From Sphingorhabdus sp. (lineage in GTDB: Bacteria > Pseudomonadota > Alphaproteobacteria > Sphingomonadales > Sphingomonadaceae): DNA of 64,000 nt. The stretch is from NCBI RefSeq assembly GCF_044338195.1, contig NZ_JBIIMC010000008.1, forward strand, positions 10,592 to 74,591. Reading direction: 5' to 3'. The notes beneath the pieces are model-generated. The model saw only the letters and a list, made by a program, of their open reading frames with translations, was not told the origin of the DNA and searched no databases. Positions 49,153 through 58,136 of the stretch are shown here, piece after piece. Position 1 is the stretch's first letter. Each line of letters starts with the position of its first letter. The translations under genes and the position numbers were made by a program.

Positions 49153-50205
49153 ATGTCATTGTTACAAGCACGCAATAGCTACAAGCCTTTTGAATATCCT
49201 TGGGCCTATGACTTTTGGAAACGCCAACAGCAGATCCATTGGCTGCCCGAAGAAGTGCCCTTGGGCGAAGATTGCCGCGATTGGGCGCAGAAGCTTTCGG
49301 ACCACGAACGCAACCTGCTCACGCAAATCTTCCGCTTCTTCACCCAAGCCGATATCGAGGTGCAGAATTGCTACCACGAAAATTACGGCCGCGTGTTCAA
49401 ACCGACCGAAGTGAAGATGATGCTGACCGCGTTTTCCAACATGGAAACCGTCCACGTCGCGGCATACAGCCACTTGCTTGACACCATCGGCATGCCCGAG
49501 TCCGAATATTCCGCCTTCCTCGAATATGAAGAAATGGCGGCGAAGGTCGATTATATCCACCAATTCGGCGTCGACACCGACGAAGACATTGCCCGCACAT
49601 TGGCCATGTTCGGCGGCTTTACCGAAGGGCTGCAACTGTTCGCATCCTTCGCGATGCTGATGAACTTCCCGCGCTTCAACAAGATGAAGGGCATGGGGCA
49701 AATCGTATCCTGGTCGGTCCGCGACGAATCGCTGCACTGCGAAGGCATTACCAAGCTGTTCCACGCATTTTGTGCAGAGCGCGGCTGCCTCACCAAGTCG
49801 GTGAAGGAAGACATTATCGATTGCTGCCAAAAGGTTGTCCGTTTGGAAGACGCGTTCATCGACCTTGCGTTCGAAATGGGCCCCGTCCCCGGCATGACCG
49901 CCAAGGAAATCAAACGCTACATCCGCTACATCGCCGATTGGCGTTTGGGCCAGCTTGGCCTGCCCGCCATCTACATGGTCGAAGACCACCCGCTGCCATG
50001 GCTCGCGCCATTGTTGAACGGCGTCGAGCACGCCAACTTCTTCGAAACCCGCGCGACCGAGTATAGCAAGGCGTCGACCCGCGGCGATTGGGGCCAAGTG
50101 TGGGACAGCTTTGACAATCGCAAGAAAAAGATCATCGGCATTGAACCCATCGCCGAAAATGACGGCGTCGATATGTTCGAACAAGCCGGGGTCGCCGCGG
50201 AATAA
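49153..50205 (+). CDS. nrdB: Class I ribonucleotide reductase beta subunit
   Basis: FFTQAD, ETVH..AY (radical Tyr), TEG, DESLH, NFFE.R.TEY. Confidence 0.96.
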   Translation: MSLLQARNSYKPFEYPWAYDFWKRQQQIHWLPEEVPLGEDCRDWAQKLSDHERNLLTQIFRFFTQADIEVQNCYHENYGRVFKPTEVKMMLTAFSNMETVHVAAYSHLLDTIGMPESEYSAFLEYEEMAAKVDYIHQFGVDTDEDIARTLAMFGGFTEGLQLFASFAMLMNFPRFNKMKGMGQIVSWSVRDESLHCEGITKLFHAFCAERGCLTKSVKEDIIDCCQKVVRLEDAFIDLAFEMGPVPGMTAKEIKRYIRYIADWRLGQLGLPAIYMVEDHPLPWLAPLLNGVEHANFFETRATEYSKASTRGDWGQVWDSFDNRKKKIIGIEPIAENDGVDMFEQAGVAAE

Positions 50206-50222
50206 TCCGCCACCCGTCGCCT

Positions 50223-50261
50223 GTCGTCAGGATGGAAACCACGCCGTTTCCACCTGACGAC
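50223..50261. other. Long stem-loop after nrdB
   Basis: GTCGTCAGG(A)TGGAAAC / GTTTCCACCTGACGAC, 16-bp stem with one bulge, no U-tract. Confidence 0.6.
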
Positions 50262-50582
50262 CGCGACCCATATATTCCATAGATAGATAGATGCGAAGCG
50301 ACGGCGCCTGACGCCGATCGCTATAAGGTCGTGCGCGCAATTGGGGCGGGGGGCGCGTCACGGACTATGCCATTGGCAATGCTGTGGACAACTGCCAAAA
50401 TGGACTATAAAACTCTCATATTGGTTTGATTTTGTATTTTTGGGCGATATGTTGGGGGCATGGCCAGCCGACAAAAATGACGGCGTAGAAACGTTCGAAT
50501 AGGCTGGGGTTGCTGCGGGCCAAGGCTTAACCGTGACGTAGTTTCAAATTGTACGGTTCAATCTGAGATCAGGGGTTTAAGT

Positions 50583-51410
50583 ATGCCTTCAGCCGGTTTG
50601 TCACTTGTTGGCTTCATGGATAGAGATCAAGCAATTTCCCATTTGCGCGAAGCTTGCATTCCGCCAGATCCATCGGATCAAGCGCTAGAAGCTGAATGGA
50701 TGGCTGCGCGCGCAAAGCTTGGTGCCCAGATCGACAGAGCTGGCACTCCCGAGATTTTGGATCTTCCGATAGAAGCGCAAACCCACATGAACAGCGTGGC
50801 AGCTGGCTGGCCGGCGTTTTTTGCTCAAGGTAATGCGGAGTTTAAACTAGTTGAGATAGCTCCACTTCTTGCATTTCAATTTACTGTTGATGGCCAGCGC
50901 AGTGGTCATCATTGTGGACCGTTTAGCTCGCCCCCTACGTTGGATGAGCTACTAAACTGCTGCATTCCAATAGCGAACGTGGAAGAGCAATTGCACTCCC
51001 AGCAACAGCCCCAATCCATTGTTGTCAAAGCCAAGAGCCTGAACGTGCGGTTGCTGGCCCAAGGAATGCTGGCGCCAGGCATTTTTGGGATTCATATTGG
51101 GCTTGGATTGCCGTTTGTTCATGTCGTAAGATACAATGGGAAATGTTACCTGCATAATGGCTTTCACCGAACATACGGTGCCGCAATTAAGGAGGCGACA
51201 CACATTCCGTGCTATATTCGCGACGTTAGCGATGCTGCTGCTGCCGGCATCAAAGCGGACGGCACAACATTTTCGCAAAATCTACTCGAATCTAGCGAAG
51301 CTCCTACGCTTGCACATTTCATCCACGATCGGGCGCATTCCGTAATTCTTCGCTCAACCACTAGAATTTTACATATTAGCTGGGCCGAATACGGAATGTA
51401 CGACGAATAA
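50583..51410 (+). CDS. Hypothetical protein with a ParB/sulfiredoxin-like catalytic motif
   Basis: 275 aa with AGGGG SD; PFVHVVRYNGKCYLHNGFHRTYGA...IPCYI resembles the ParB-N/Srx P-h-h-V...Y-h-h-DG-x-HR-x-x-A...hP-h-h pattern. Confidence 0.65.
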   Translation: MPSAGLSLVGFMDRDQAISHLREACIPPDPSDQALEAEWMAARAKLGAQIDRAGTPEILDLPIEAQTHMNSVAAGWPAFFAQGNAEFKLVEIAPLLAFQFTVDGQRSGHHCGPFSSPPTLDELLNCCIPIANVEEQLHSQQQPQSIVVKAKSLNVRLLAQGMLAPGIFGIHIGLGLPFVHVVRYNGKCYLHNGFHRTYGAAIKEATHIPCYIRDVSDAAAAGIKADGTTFSQNLLESSEAPTLAHFIHDRAHSVILRSTTRILHISWAEYGMYDE

Positions 51411-51599
51411 TTAGACGCGAAGCGCGTACGACAGGGTAAAGTTGTGGCTTGTACCCGAAGCTACGGCTGGCGGCGAAGAGTCCGGTGCAGGATTTCGTAC
51501 AACCATTTCACTATCTGCACGGAAACGGGTGCCATTGCTTGACACGCTCGCACGAACGGTACGCTGTGCGTGACGATGCTCGTTCTTCTCTAATGCCAT
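51411..51599 (-). CDS. Small hypothetical protein (62 aa)
   Basis: AGGAG SD 7 nt upstream of the ATG at 51599; MALEKNEHRHAQ...FTLSYALRV; stop abuts the stop of the convergent ORF. Confidence 0.5.
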   Translation of the reverse strand: MALEKNEHRHAQRTVRASVSSNGTRFRADSEMVVRNPAPDSSPPAVASGTSHNFTLSYALRV

Positions 51600-52012
51600 G
51601 CGAAATCTCCTAGTACCTTCAATAAAACAGCAGCAAACTAAGCTGTCAAGTTTGAGGCGCTTTCTGCCTTTCATCGAAACATTGACATAAACGACTGAAC
51701 GAATCACTAACAAATATATGTTCTGTAGGAAATAGGTGGCTAATATACTCATTCGACAGGCTTAAAATTTGCGAGTGCAGGTACGTTGCGAGCGTCACAC
51801 CGTTCTTTTTACATGGCTCGCGACTCGCTTCTCAACAGCGTTGCCCAGTTAGCGACGCTGACCTTTTTGAGCGCCTTTACACGCTGCTGAACCAGCACAG
51901 CTGCACTTAGGATAGTCGAGCCATGCTGTCCTCCCTGGCCGCAATGACGATGGTATCGCGTGTGAACCAAATACCCGCTACTAACACCCCCTTACCCACC
52001 CACACATCCCTC

Positions 52013-52312
52013 ATGAACCTGCCTACCCTCCTCACCCTCCCCAATGCCCTTGGCCTGTTTGCGCTGGTCAATCTGTGGACGTTCATGCTGTTCGGTTTTG
52101 ACAAGGTTCGTGCCGCGCGGGGGTCATCGCGGGTGTCCGAGGGGGCGTTGCTGGCTTGGGCGTTTTTTGGGGGTACCATCGGCGCTTATGCCGGCCGTGC
52201 ATTGTTCCGGCACAAGACGCGCAAGCAGCCTTTTTCCAGCCACCTGCACCAGACTGCGATCCTGCAGGGCTTTGCCGTCGCGCTGGTGGGGGGCTGGATG
52301 CTGGCGGGGTAG
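52013..52312 (+). CDS. DUF1294 family membrane protein
   Basis: FGFDKVRA...RVSE..L......GGTIGA......FRHKTRKQPF. Confidence 0.88.
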   Translation: MNLPTLLTLPNALGLFALVNLWTFMLFGFDKVRAARGSSRVSEGALLAWAFFGGTIGAYAGRALFRHKTRKQPFSSHLHQTAILQGFAVALVGGWMLAG

Positions 52313-53341
52313 TTACGGCTCCGTCGCCTTCCCCTTGCGTTTCCAATTCGACTTGCGCTTGCGTTTCGGCACCTCGTCCGTTGGCGCCTCCAGCTTTCGC
52401 AGCGCGTCTGGCTGCGCCCAATAAAGTAGCTCGGCCCCGGTGTTGCTCCAGTGCGATTCTCCTTCCTGAAACGGCACAAATTCCGTCACCATGTCGGGCG
52501 GAACCAATTCGCCGTGATAGGGGGAGGTGTTTTTGCCCGTCGGGGCATAAATTTGGTCGGGATCATCGACCATCAACGCGAGTGCATCATCGCCGCCGCG
52601 CTCAATAACCTCCCCTGCGGCGCGGTAGCGGGCGGCGCATGCCTCCAACGCGGCGGTGATGGCGGCCTGCGCCTCGGCGTCCAGCTCTATCCCTTCAAAA
52701 TTCTCCAGCGTGCGGGCTGCGTCGTCGATGTTGGCGGCGCTGCCCGTGCCGTTGATGCCATTGCCGGTGATAACGGTGCGCACGGTGGTGGTGCTGGCCT
52801 CTGCCGCCGCTATGCTGCCGCCTGCGCCGCTGCCCGCTTCGCCGCTCCCCACGCCACTGCCCACGCCACTGCTTGTCCCCGCCTGTGCCCGGCTGCTGAA
52901 ATAGTTGATCGTGGTGCGCTTGCCGTTCGCATCCTGCCCATAATGGCGCAGGCAGAACATCAGCAGCCGGTCGTTGCGTTTGCGCCGGTACCCCATCAAC
53001 TTGCCCTTTTCAAAGACGGGGATCATCTCCCCCTCAATCGCGCGTTCAAAGGCGATGTCCTTTAACTTCTGCACCCCGAAATCGAGCGCGGCATTCCACG
53101 CGGCGCGAAACTCCTCCGCGCCTTTTTGCCGGCGCAGATAATAGACACCCTCCAACGACATGTTGACGATGGCCGTCGCGCGCGAGACGCAGCCGGTGTC
53201 GGCCAACGCCTCAATAAATCCGCGCTGCCGCTCCGGCGTCCAGCCATCATGGCGGTATCGCAGCGGCACGGGGGTGAAATCAGGCAAAGGCGCGCGGTTT
53301 TCGCGGGGGACGGGGACTTTGTTACGCATGACTGGCTCCAT
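52313..53341 (-). CDS. Hypothetical HTH protein resembling phage terminase small subunits
   Basis: DGWTPERQRGFIEALADTGCVSRA...F..AW..AL......L...A.ERA.EG...SDRLL-like segment (NDRLLMFCL); G/S/A linker; basic tail. Confidence 0.6.
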   Translation of the reverse strand: MEPVMRNKVPVPRENRAPLPDFTPVPLRYRHDGWTPERQRGFIEALADTGCVSRATAIVNMSLEGVYYLRRQKGAEEFRAAWNAALDFGVQKLKDIAFERAIEGEMIPVFEKGKLMGYRRKRNDRLLMFCLRHYGQDANGKRTTINYFSSRAQAGTSSGVGSGVGSGEAGSGAGGSIAAAEASTTTVRTVITGNGINGTGSAANIDDAARTLENFEGIELDAEAQAAITAALEACAARYRAAGEVIERGGDDALALMVDDPDQIYAPTGKNTSPYHGELVPPDMVTEFVPFQEGESHWSNTGAELLYWAQPDALRKLEAPTDEVPKRKRKSNWKRKGKATEP

Positions 53342-53470
53342 TTCAAAAAACGGAGGCGATTATGAACCATATAGGTTCGTGTAGGAAAATGGTTTTTGGG
53401 GGGTGGGGGGCTGGCTGCGGCGCCCTATGCGCGGCTTGCGTCGTCCCCTGCTTTTCGGCATGGGCGGCGT

Positions 53471-53803
53471 ATGTCCGAACATAGCAACCCCGATACCGCC
53501 TTCAAAATATTCACCGCCGCGCAATGGGCGCAGTTTGAAGCCGACGGCGTCTTTCACGGGGCGCCGGTTGATCTGGCGGATGGCTATATTCATTTGTCGG
53601 CGACCGATCAGCTGCAGGGCACGTTGGACAAGCATTTTGCCGGACAAGACGGCCTGGTGATCGCCGAAGTGAACCTGGCCCAGCTGGGTGAGAGCATCAT
53701 CTGGGAAGAATCGCGCGGCGGTGCGCTGTTCCCGCATATTTATGGGCCGTTGCCGATGGGCGCGATTATTGGCTTTTTTGATGCAGATCAAAGCATGACC
53801 TGA
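53471..53803 (+). CDS. DUF952 family protein
   Basis: YKI-like FKIF, APVDLADGYIHLS, WEESRGGALFPHIYGPL. Confidence 0.9.
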   Translation: MSEHSNPDTAFKIFTAAQWAQFEADGVFHGAPVDLADGYIHLSATDQLQGTLDKHFAGQDGLVIAEVNLAQLGESIIWEESRGGALFPHIYGPLPMGAIIGFFDADQSMT

Positions 53804-53844
53804 TTGCGCGGTGCATACAGGGTTCCTCAATATAGGAGCCTGAT

Positions 53845-53949
53845 ATGGACGTTTTTCAAATTCCCGCCGTCGCCTTGTTCATCGGCATGCTCGCATCCTT
53901 TGCCGTGGTGATGATTTACGCCAGCGTCGGCGAAGCCATCACGCCTTAA
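53845..53949 (+). CDS. 34-aa single-TM microprotein
   Basis: AGGAG SD, then MDVFQIPAVALFIGMLASFAVVMIYASVGEAITP*; fills an intergenic gap; below the ORF-track size cutoff. Confidence 0.6.
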   Translation: MDVFQIPAVALFIGMLASFAVVMIYASVGEAITP

Positions 53950-53998
53950 AGGCCCATCACATGCGATGCGGCGGGCGCGGGCGCTATGGCCTTCGCGG

Positions 53999-55150
53999 TC
54001 AAAGCTGCTTTTCGTAGATGCGGTACACCTTGTTGATTTTGCCGTTAATCGCCTCACCCACCGATCGCATCGGGCCATTATCGTCAAGGACCCAGCCGAA
54101 TTCACCGCGGCTCGCGCCAAATTGGCTGGTGGACGCGTCGCGAATGAGCGAAACCATCATGAACGCCAATTGGCTTGCCATGCGGGTCGACTGCAGCTTT
54201 TTCATCACGCCCATCAACGGCACGCGCATCGTGCGGACCTTTGGCGCGCGCAGCCACCACAACAGCTTCGCCCAGTTGAACGGGAACAGGCTGCCGCCGA
54301 ATTGACCGATTTTTTCGTTGATGTCGGGCCATGTCATCATGAAGGCGACGGGTTCCCCATCGACCTCCGCAATGCGGATCAGGTCGTTAAAAACGATGGG
54401 TTTTAACTGCTTTCCGGTATGCGCGACTTCGGCATCGGTGATCGGCACAAATCCCCAATTCCCGCTCCACGCGTCGTTCAATATGGACAGGATTAACGCG
54501 GCTTCCGCGTCAAAATTATCCTTGTTCACCTTGCGAATGACAATGCGTTCATTGCGCTCGCCCGACGCGACAATGCGTTCCACCAGCGGCGGAAACGGTA
54601 CATCAATCGGGATTTGATAGGTGTAGAGGTCTTTGATGCCGGCATAGCCCGCCGCCTCAATCCACCCGCCATAGGCTGCGTTATGATAGCCCATCAGTAC
54701 GGTGGATGGATGGTCATGGCCATCGATCAACACGCCCGGTTCTTCCCAGATGGACAGGCTCAGCGGCCCAAGCGCGCGCGCCATGTTTTTGCTGCGCAGC
54801 CAATCTTCAGCCGTCGAAATCAGCAGTTTTCCGATGGCTTCATCTTCCGCCTCAAAAAATCCCCAATTGCCGACGCCGGGGCCCATGCCTTGCTCTGGCG
54901 GCTGTTTCAGCGCGAGAAAATCCAAATGCGCGGATATCCGGCCAACAACTTTCCCGTCCTTTTCCGCGAGAAAAAGCTGCGCCTCACCATGTTCGAACCA
55001 TGGGTTCTTGCCGGGCGTAATGGTCGCCATCACATCGCTTTTCAACGGCGGAACCCAGTTGGGATCATGCGCATAAAGCCGGAACGGCAGGTCAATAAAG
55101 GCGCGTTTGTCTGCCTTGGTTACAACCGGCCGAATGATGATGTCTGTCAT
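53999..55150 (-). CDS. GNAT-fold N-acyltransferase, probable bacterial ceramide synthase (bCerS)
   Basis: Tandem GNAT pattern (VGRISA, NWGFFEA, WNGNWGF-like WSGNWGFVP, WVLDDNGPM); next to lptG/lptF and spt, as in Caulobacter. Confidence 0.78.
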   Translation of the reverse strand: MTDIIIRPVVTKADKRAFIDLPFRLYAHDPNWVPPLKSDVMATITPGKNPWFEHGEAQLFLAEKDGKVVGRISAHLDFLALKQPPEQGMGPGVGNWGFFEAEDEAIGKLLISTAEDWLRSKNMARALGPLSLSIWEEPGVLIDGHDHPSTVLMGYHNAAYGGWIEAAGYAGIKDLYTYQIPIDVPFPPLVERIVASGERNERIVIRKVNKDNFDAEAALILSILNDAWSGNWGFVPITDAEVAHTGKQLKPIVFNDLIRIAEVDGEPVAFMMTWPDINEKIGQFGGSLFPFNWAKLLWWLRAPKVRTMRVPLMGVMKKLQSTRMASQLAFMMVSLIRDASTSQFGASRGEFGWVLDDNGPMRSVGEAINGKINKVYRIYEKQL

Positions 55151-55191
55151 AGTGAATTCCCGAAACGCATTTTTATGTGCCCAAAGCCGCT

Positions 55192-56280
55192 TTATTCTTC
55201 GGTGCGGATAAGCACCGTTTCGCCGATCAGCAAAAACAGCAAAAACGGCCCCCATGCGGCAATCCAGGGCGGATAAGCGCCCAGATTGCCCATCGCCAAG
55301 GCAAAGTTATCGGCCACGAAATAGGTAAAGCCAAGCGCCATGCCCAGCACCGCGCGCACGAACAAAGCGCCCGAGCGGGCAAGGCCAAAGGCGGCGACCG
55401 CAGCCAGCAAGGGCATTAACAAGGTCGACAAAGGCCCTGCCAGCTTGTGCCACAATATGCCTTCCAGATTGTCGGTGCGGCGACCGGCAGCGCGCAGATC
55501 GTCAATGGCGCGCATCAATGGCAAGAAGGCAAGGCTGTCTCCGTCAACCTTGATGACGTTGAACCGAGCGGGCGTGATGCCTTTGCCGATCACAAGATTG
55601 GTCACCTGCTTCTGTTCGGTGGTCGCAACGTCAAATGTCTCCGCATTTTCAAGCAGCCATGCATTGTCCACATAACGGGCATTTGGCGCCGTAATCACCT
55701 GACGCAAACCGCCATTGGCGCGCAAATAGACGCGGACATTATCGAGGACGATATTGTCGCCCGATCCCAGCACCCTGCCTGCATTGATAAGGTCGCCGCC
55801 TTCGCGGACCCACACATTGTTGCGCGGGTCACTATCGGGGGCTATCGCGCCATATTCGGCATCCTTCCAAACTTTAAGCTTTTGCGTATTCGGCGCGACG
55901 ACAACGTCGTTAAACACGAACGAAATAAGCGCGACGCCCAAGCTGGCGACAAACATGGGCGCAAGAATTTGGTGCGCGGACAATCCCGCCGCCTTCATCG
56001 CCACCACTTCGCTGTTCTGGCTGAGCGTCGCGAAGGTGATTAACGTCCCCAACAGCACCGAAAAGGGCAGAAAACGGGCAATAATTTGCGGTGCGCGCAT
56101 CGTTACATAGCGCAACACATCGCCCTGATCATTTCCGGGGACCGCCAATATCTTGCCACTTTCACCCAGCAGATCGAGCGTCATCAACACCAGCACAAGC
56201 ATCATCAACACCGCAAAGCTGCGCACGACAAACAGCCGGGCCATGTACATTGTAATGTTGCGCGAGGGGAAGAAATGCAT
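55192..56280 (-). CDS. lptG: LptG-family permease
   Basis: PFSVLLGTL...SEVVAMKAAGLS, WVREG, LGAYPPWIAAWGP. Confidence 0.9.
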   Translation of the reverse strand: MHFFPSRNITMYMARLFVVRSFAVLMMLVLVLMTLDLLGESGKILAVPGNDQGDVLRYVTMRAPQIIARFLPFSVLLGTLITFATLSQNSEVVAMKAAGLSAHQILAPMFVASLGVALISFVFNDVVVAPNTQKLKVWKDAEYGAIAPDSDPRNNVWVREGGDLINAGRVLGSGDNIVLDNVRVYLRANGGLRQVITAPNARYVDNAWLLENAETFDVATTEQKQVTNLVIGKGITPARFNVIKVDGDSLAFLPLMRAIDDLRAAGRRTDNLEGILWHKLAGPLSTLLMPLLAAVAAFGLARSGALFVRAVLGMALGFTYFVADNFALAMGNLGAYPPWIAAWGPFLLFLLIGETVLIRTEE

Positions 56281-56283
56281 GGG

Positions 56284-57522
56284 TTATGACCCCTCTTGCG
56301 GCACAGGCATGCCAATGGTGGCCAGCCGCGATTTTCGGCCCCAGCGGAACAGTTTCTTGAACCATTTACCGGCTTTGGTCGCGAAGACCTCCAGTGCGCC
56401 GATGGGCTGACCACCGGGCACATGCGCGATCACATGATACATCCAGATGATGAGCGCGGCGAACAGCACAAATGGCACCCACAATGCGATAAACGGATCA
56501 ACAATGCCCATGGCACCGACGCTTTCGGCATATTCATTTATCTTATGATAGGTCACGACCATCACGATCGATAAAAAGACGCCAAGCGCGGATGTCGACC
56601 GTTTCGGCGGTATCGCCAGCGCCAATGCCAGCAATGGCAGCAGGAGCATCATCGCCACCTCAACAAGGCGGAAATGGAAATTAGCCCACGCACTGTCGCG
56701 TTCCGACGCAGGCCTTTGCGCATCATTTCCAATCTGCACCAATTCTGTAATCAAATACTCGCGGTCTTTGCCGCCACGCGACCGAAAACTTTCAATTTGC
56801 GGAAGCGGGATGGGGACGTCATGACTGGTGAAACTGAGCACGCGCGGTGATTTATAATTGGGCGCGTCATGCACCAGCGTACCTTTTTCTAAGCGCAGCA
56901 ATATCGTGTCCGGATCGTCGGTACGCAAAAACTGCCCCTTTTCAGCCGTAACGGCGATGGACTGTCCATTGTTGCTTTGCGCGTACACAAACATGCCAGA
57001 CAGGGCGTTGCCATTGTTCCGGCTTTCATCGATGCGCATGGTCAAATTTTTGCCAACATTGTTGAATTCGCCGACCCGGACCTTTGCACCAAAGGCGCCT
57101 GAACGCAGTTCGAAGCGGAGCTCTTCATAGAGATAGCGCGCGCTGGGCTGAACAAATCCGACAATAGCAAAATTGACCGTAGCCAGCGCGATGGCCAGCA
57201 GGAATGGGACGCGCAACAGCCGAAGATAGCTCATCCCCACCGCGCGGAAAATGTCGAGTTCGGACGATGTCGCGAGCTTGCGGAACGCCAGCAATATACC
57301 CAGCAACAGCCCGATTGGGATGCCGAGCGATAGATATTCGGGTATCAGATTTGCGAGCATGCGCCAGACCACGCTGACCGGCCCGCCCTCTGCGGCGACG
57401 AAGTCAAACAGGGTCAACATCTTGTCCAGCAGCAGCAATGATGCCGCGATTGCGAGCGTCGCCAGCAGCGGCAACATCACAAGCCGGAAGATATATCGGT
57501 CGGTGGCAGTAAGAAATTTCAA
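56284..57522 (-). CDS. lptF: LptF-family permease
   Basis: DRYIFR, PEYLSLGIP, SSELDIFRAVG, LAIPPKRS. Confidence 0.9.
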   Translation of the reverse strand: MKFLTATDRYIFRLVMLPLLATLAIAASLLLLDKMLTLFDFVAAEGGPVSVVWRMLANLIPEYLSLGIPIGLLLGILLAFRKLATSSELDIFRAVGMSYLRLLRVPFLLAIALATVNFAIVGFVQPSARYLYEELRFELRSGAFGAKVRVGEFNNVGKNLTMRIDESRNNGNALSGMFVYAQSNNGQSIAVTAEKGQFLRTDDPDTILLRLEKGTLVHDAPNYKSPRVLSFTSHDVPIPLPQIESFRSRGGKDREYLITELVQIGNDAQRPASERDSAWANFHFRLVEVAMMLLLPLLALALAIPPKRSTSALGVFLSIVMVVTYHKINEYAESVGAMGIVDPFIALWVPFVLFAALIIWMYHVIAHVPGGQPIGALEVFATKAGKWFKKLFRWGRKSRLATIGMPVPQEGS

Positions 57523-57649
57523 CTTATGGTCGCCCTGTCACCCTAATTTGGCCGCAAACTGACCCGATAGACGCTTACAGGTTCAGGGGCAATATATCGA
57601 TGGTATCGTTGTGAAGTGATACCGGATTTGCTGTTCCAGGAGTTTTGAG

Positions 57650-58126
57650 ATGCATATATATTCGGTTCTTATATCCGCCACAGCATTGGCGCTCCTATCG
57701 GGCGCCGCTGCCGCAAGCGAGGAAATAAGCAATGATTTGTCGCGCTGCGCCGCGGGCAAGGGCCCCGCTGTGCTGGTGAACGTGCAGGGCGTGAAGGAAG
57801 CGAGAGGCAATGTTCGCGTGCAATCTTATGTCGCAACGCCCGGCACTTGGCTGGCCAAAGGCCGCTGGCTGCACCGCATCGAAAGCCGCGCAAGCGCAGG
57901 AAATATGAGCTTTTGCCTGCCCGTCCCTTCCGAAGGGAAATATGGCATTGCTGTGCGCCATGACCGGAATGGAAATGGTAAAACGGACTTCACGCAGGAT
58001 GGGGGCGGCTTTTCCAATAACCCCAGCGTGAGCATATTGAATTTGGGCAAGCCGTCGGTCAGCAAAGTCGCATTCGACGTAGGCCCCGGTGTCACGCGGA
58101 TCACCATCAACCTGAAATATATGTGA
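57650..58126 (+). CDS. DUF2141 family exported protein
   Basis: Signal peptide; YGIAVRHDRNGNGK...GGGFSNNP. Confidence 0.85.
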   Translation: MHIYSVLISATALALLSGAAAASEEISNDLSRCAAGKGPAVLVNVQGVKEARGNVRVQSYVATPGTWLAKGRWLHRIESRASAGNMSFCLPVPSEGKYGIAVRHDRNGNGKTDFTQDGGGFSNNPSVSILNLGKPSVSKVAFDVGPGVTRITINLKYM

Positions 58127-58136
58127 AGGTAATGAT

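Noticed and set aside
49162-50184. 340-aa ORF antisense to nrdB (also 47624-48370 antisense to nrdA, 4574-5530, 6770-7660 and similar)
   Set aside because: Shadow frames of strongly codon-biased genes; no motifs or SD, and they fully overlap confident CDSs.
47150-50205. Intein or intron in nrdA/nrdB, or an unusual RNR metal class
   Set aside because: Both ORFs are continuous and of normal length; the beta subunit keeps the Asp/Glu/His ligands and the radical Tyr.
50556-50570. LexA boxes (GTTC-N7-GATC before the ParB-like ORF; GTTC-N7-GTTG at 39287-39301 before the HNH gene)
   Set aside because: Each has one mismatch to GTTC-N7-GTTC; such matches are common by chance, so they are not supportable alone.
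51760-51912. Open frame without a start codon (...DADLFERLYTLLNQH) in the islet, a possible gene remnant
   Set aside because: No start, SD or recognisable motif; cannot be supported as a pseudogene without a search.
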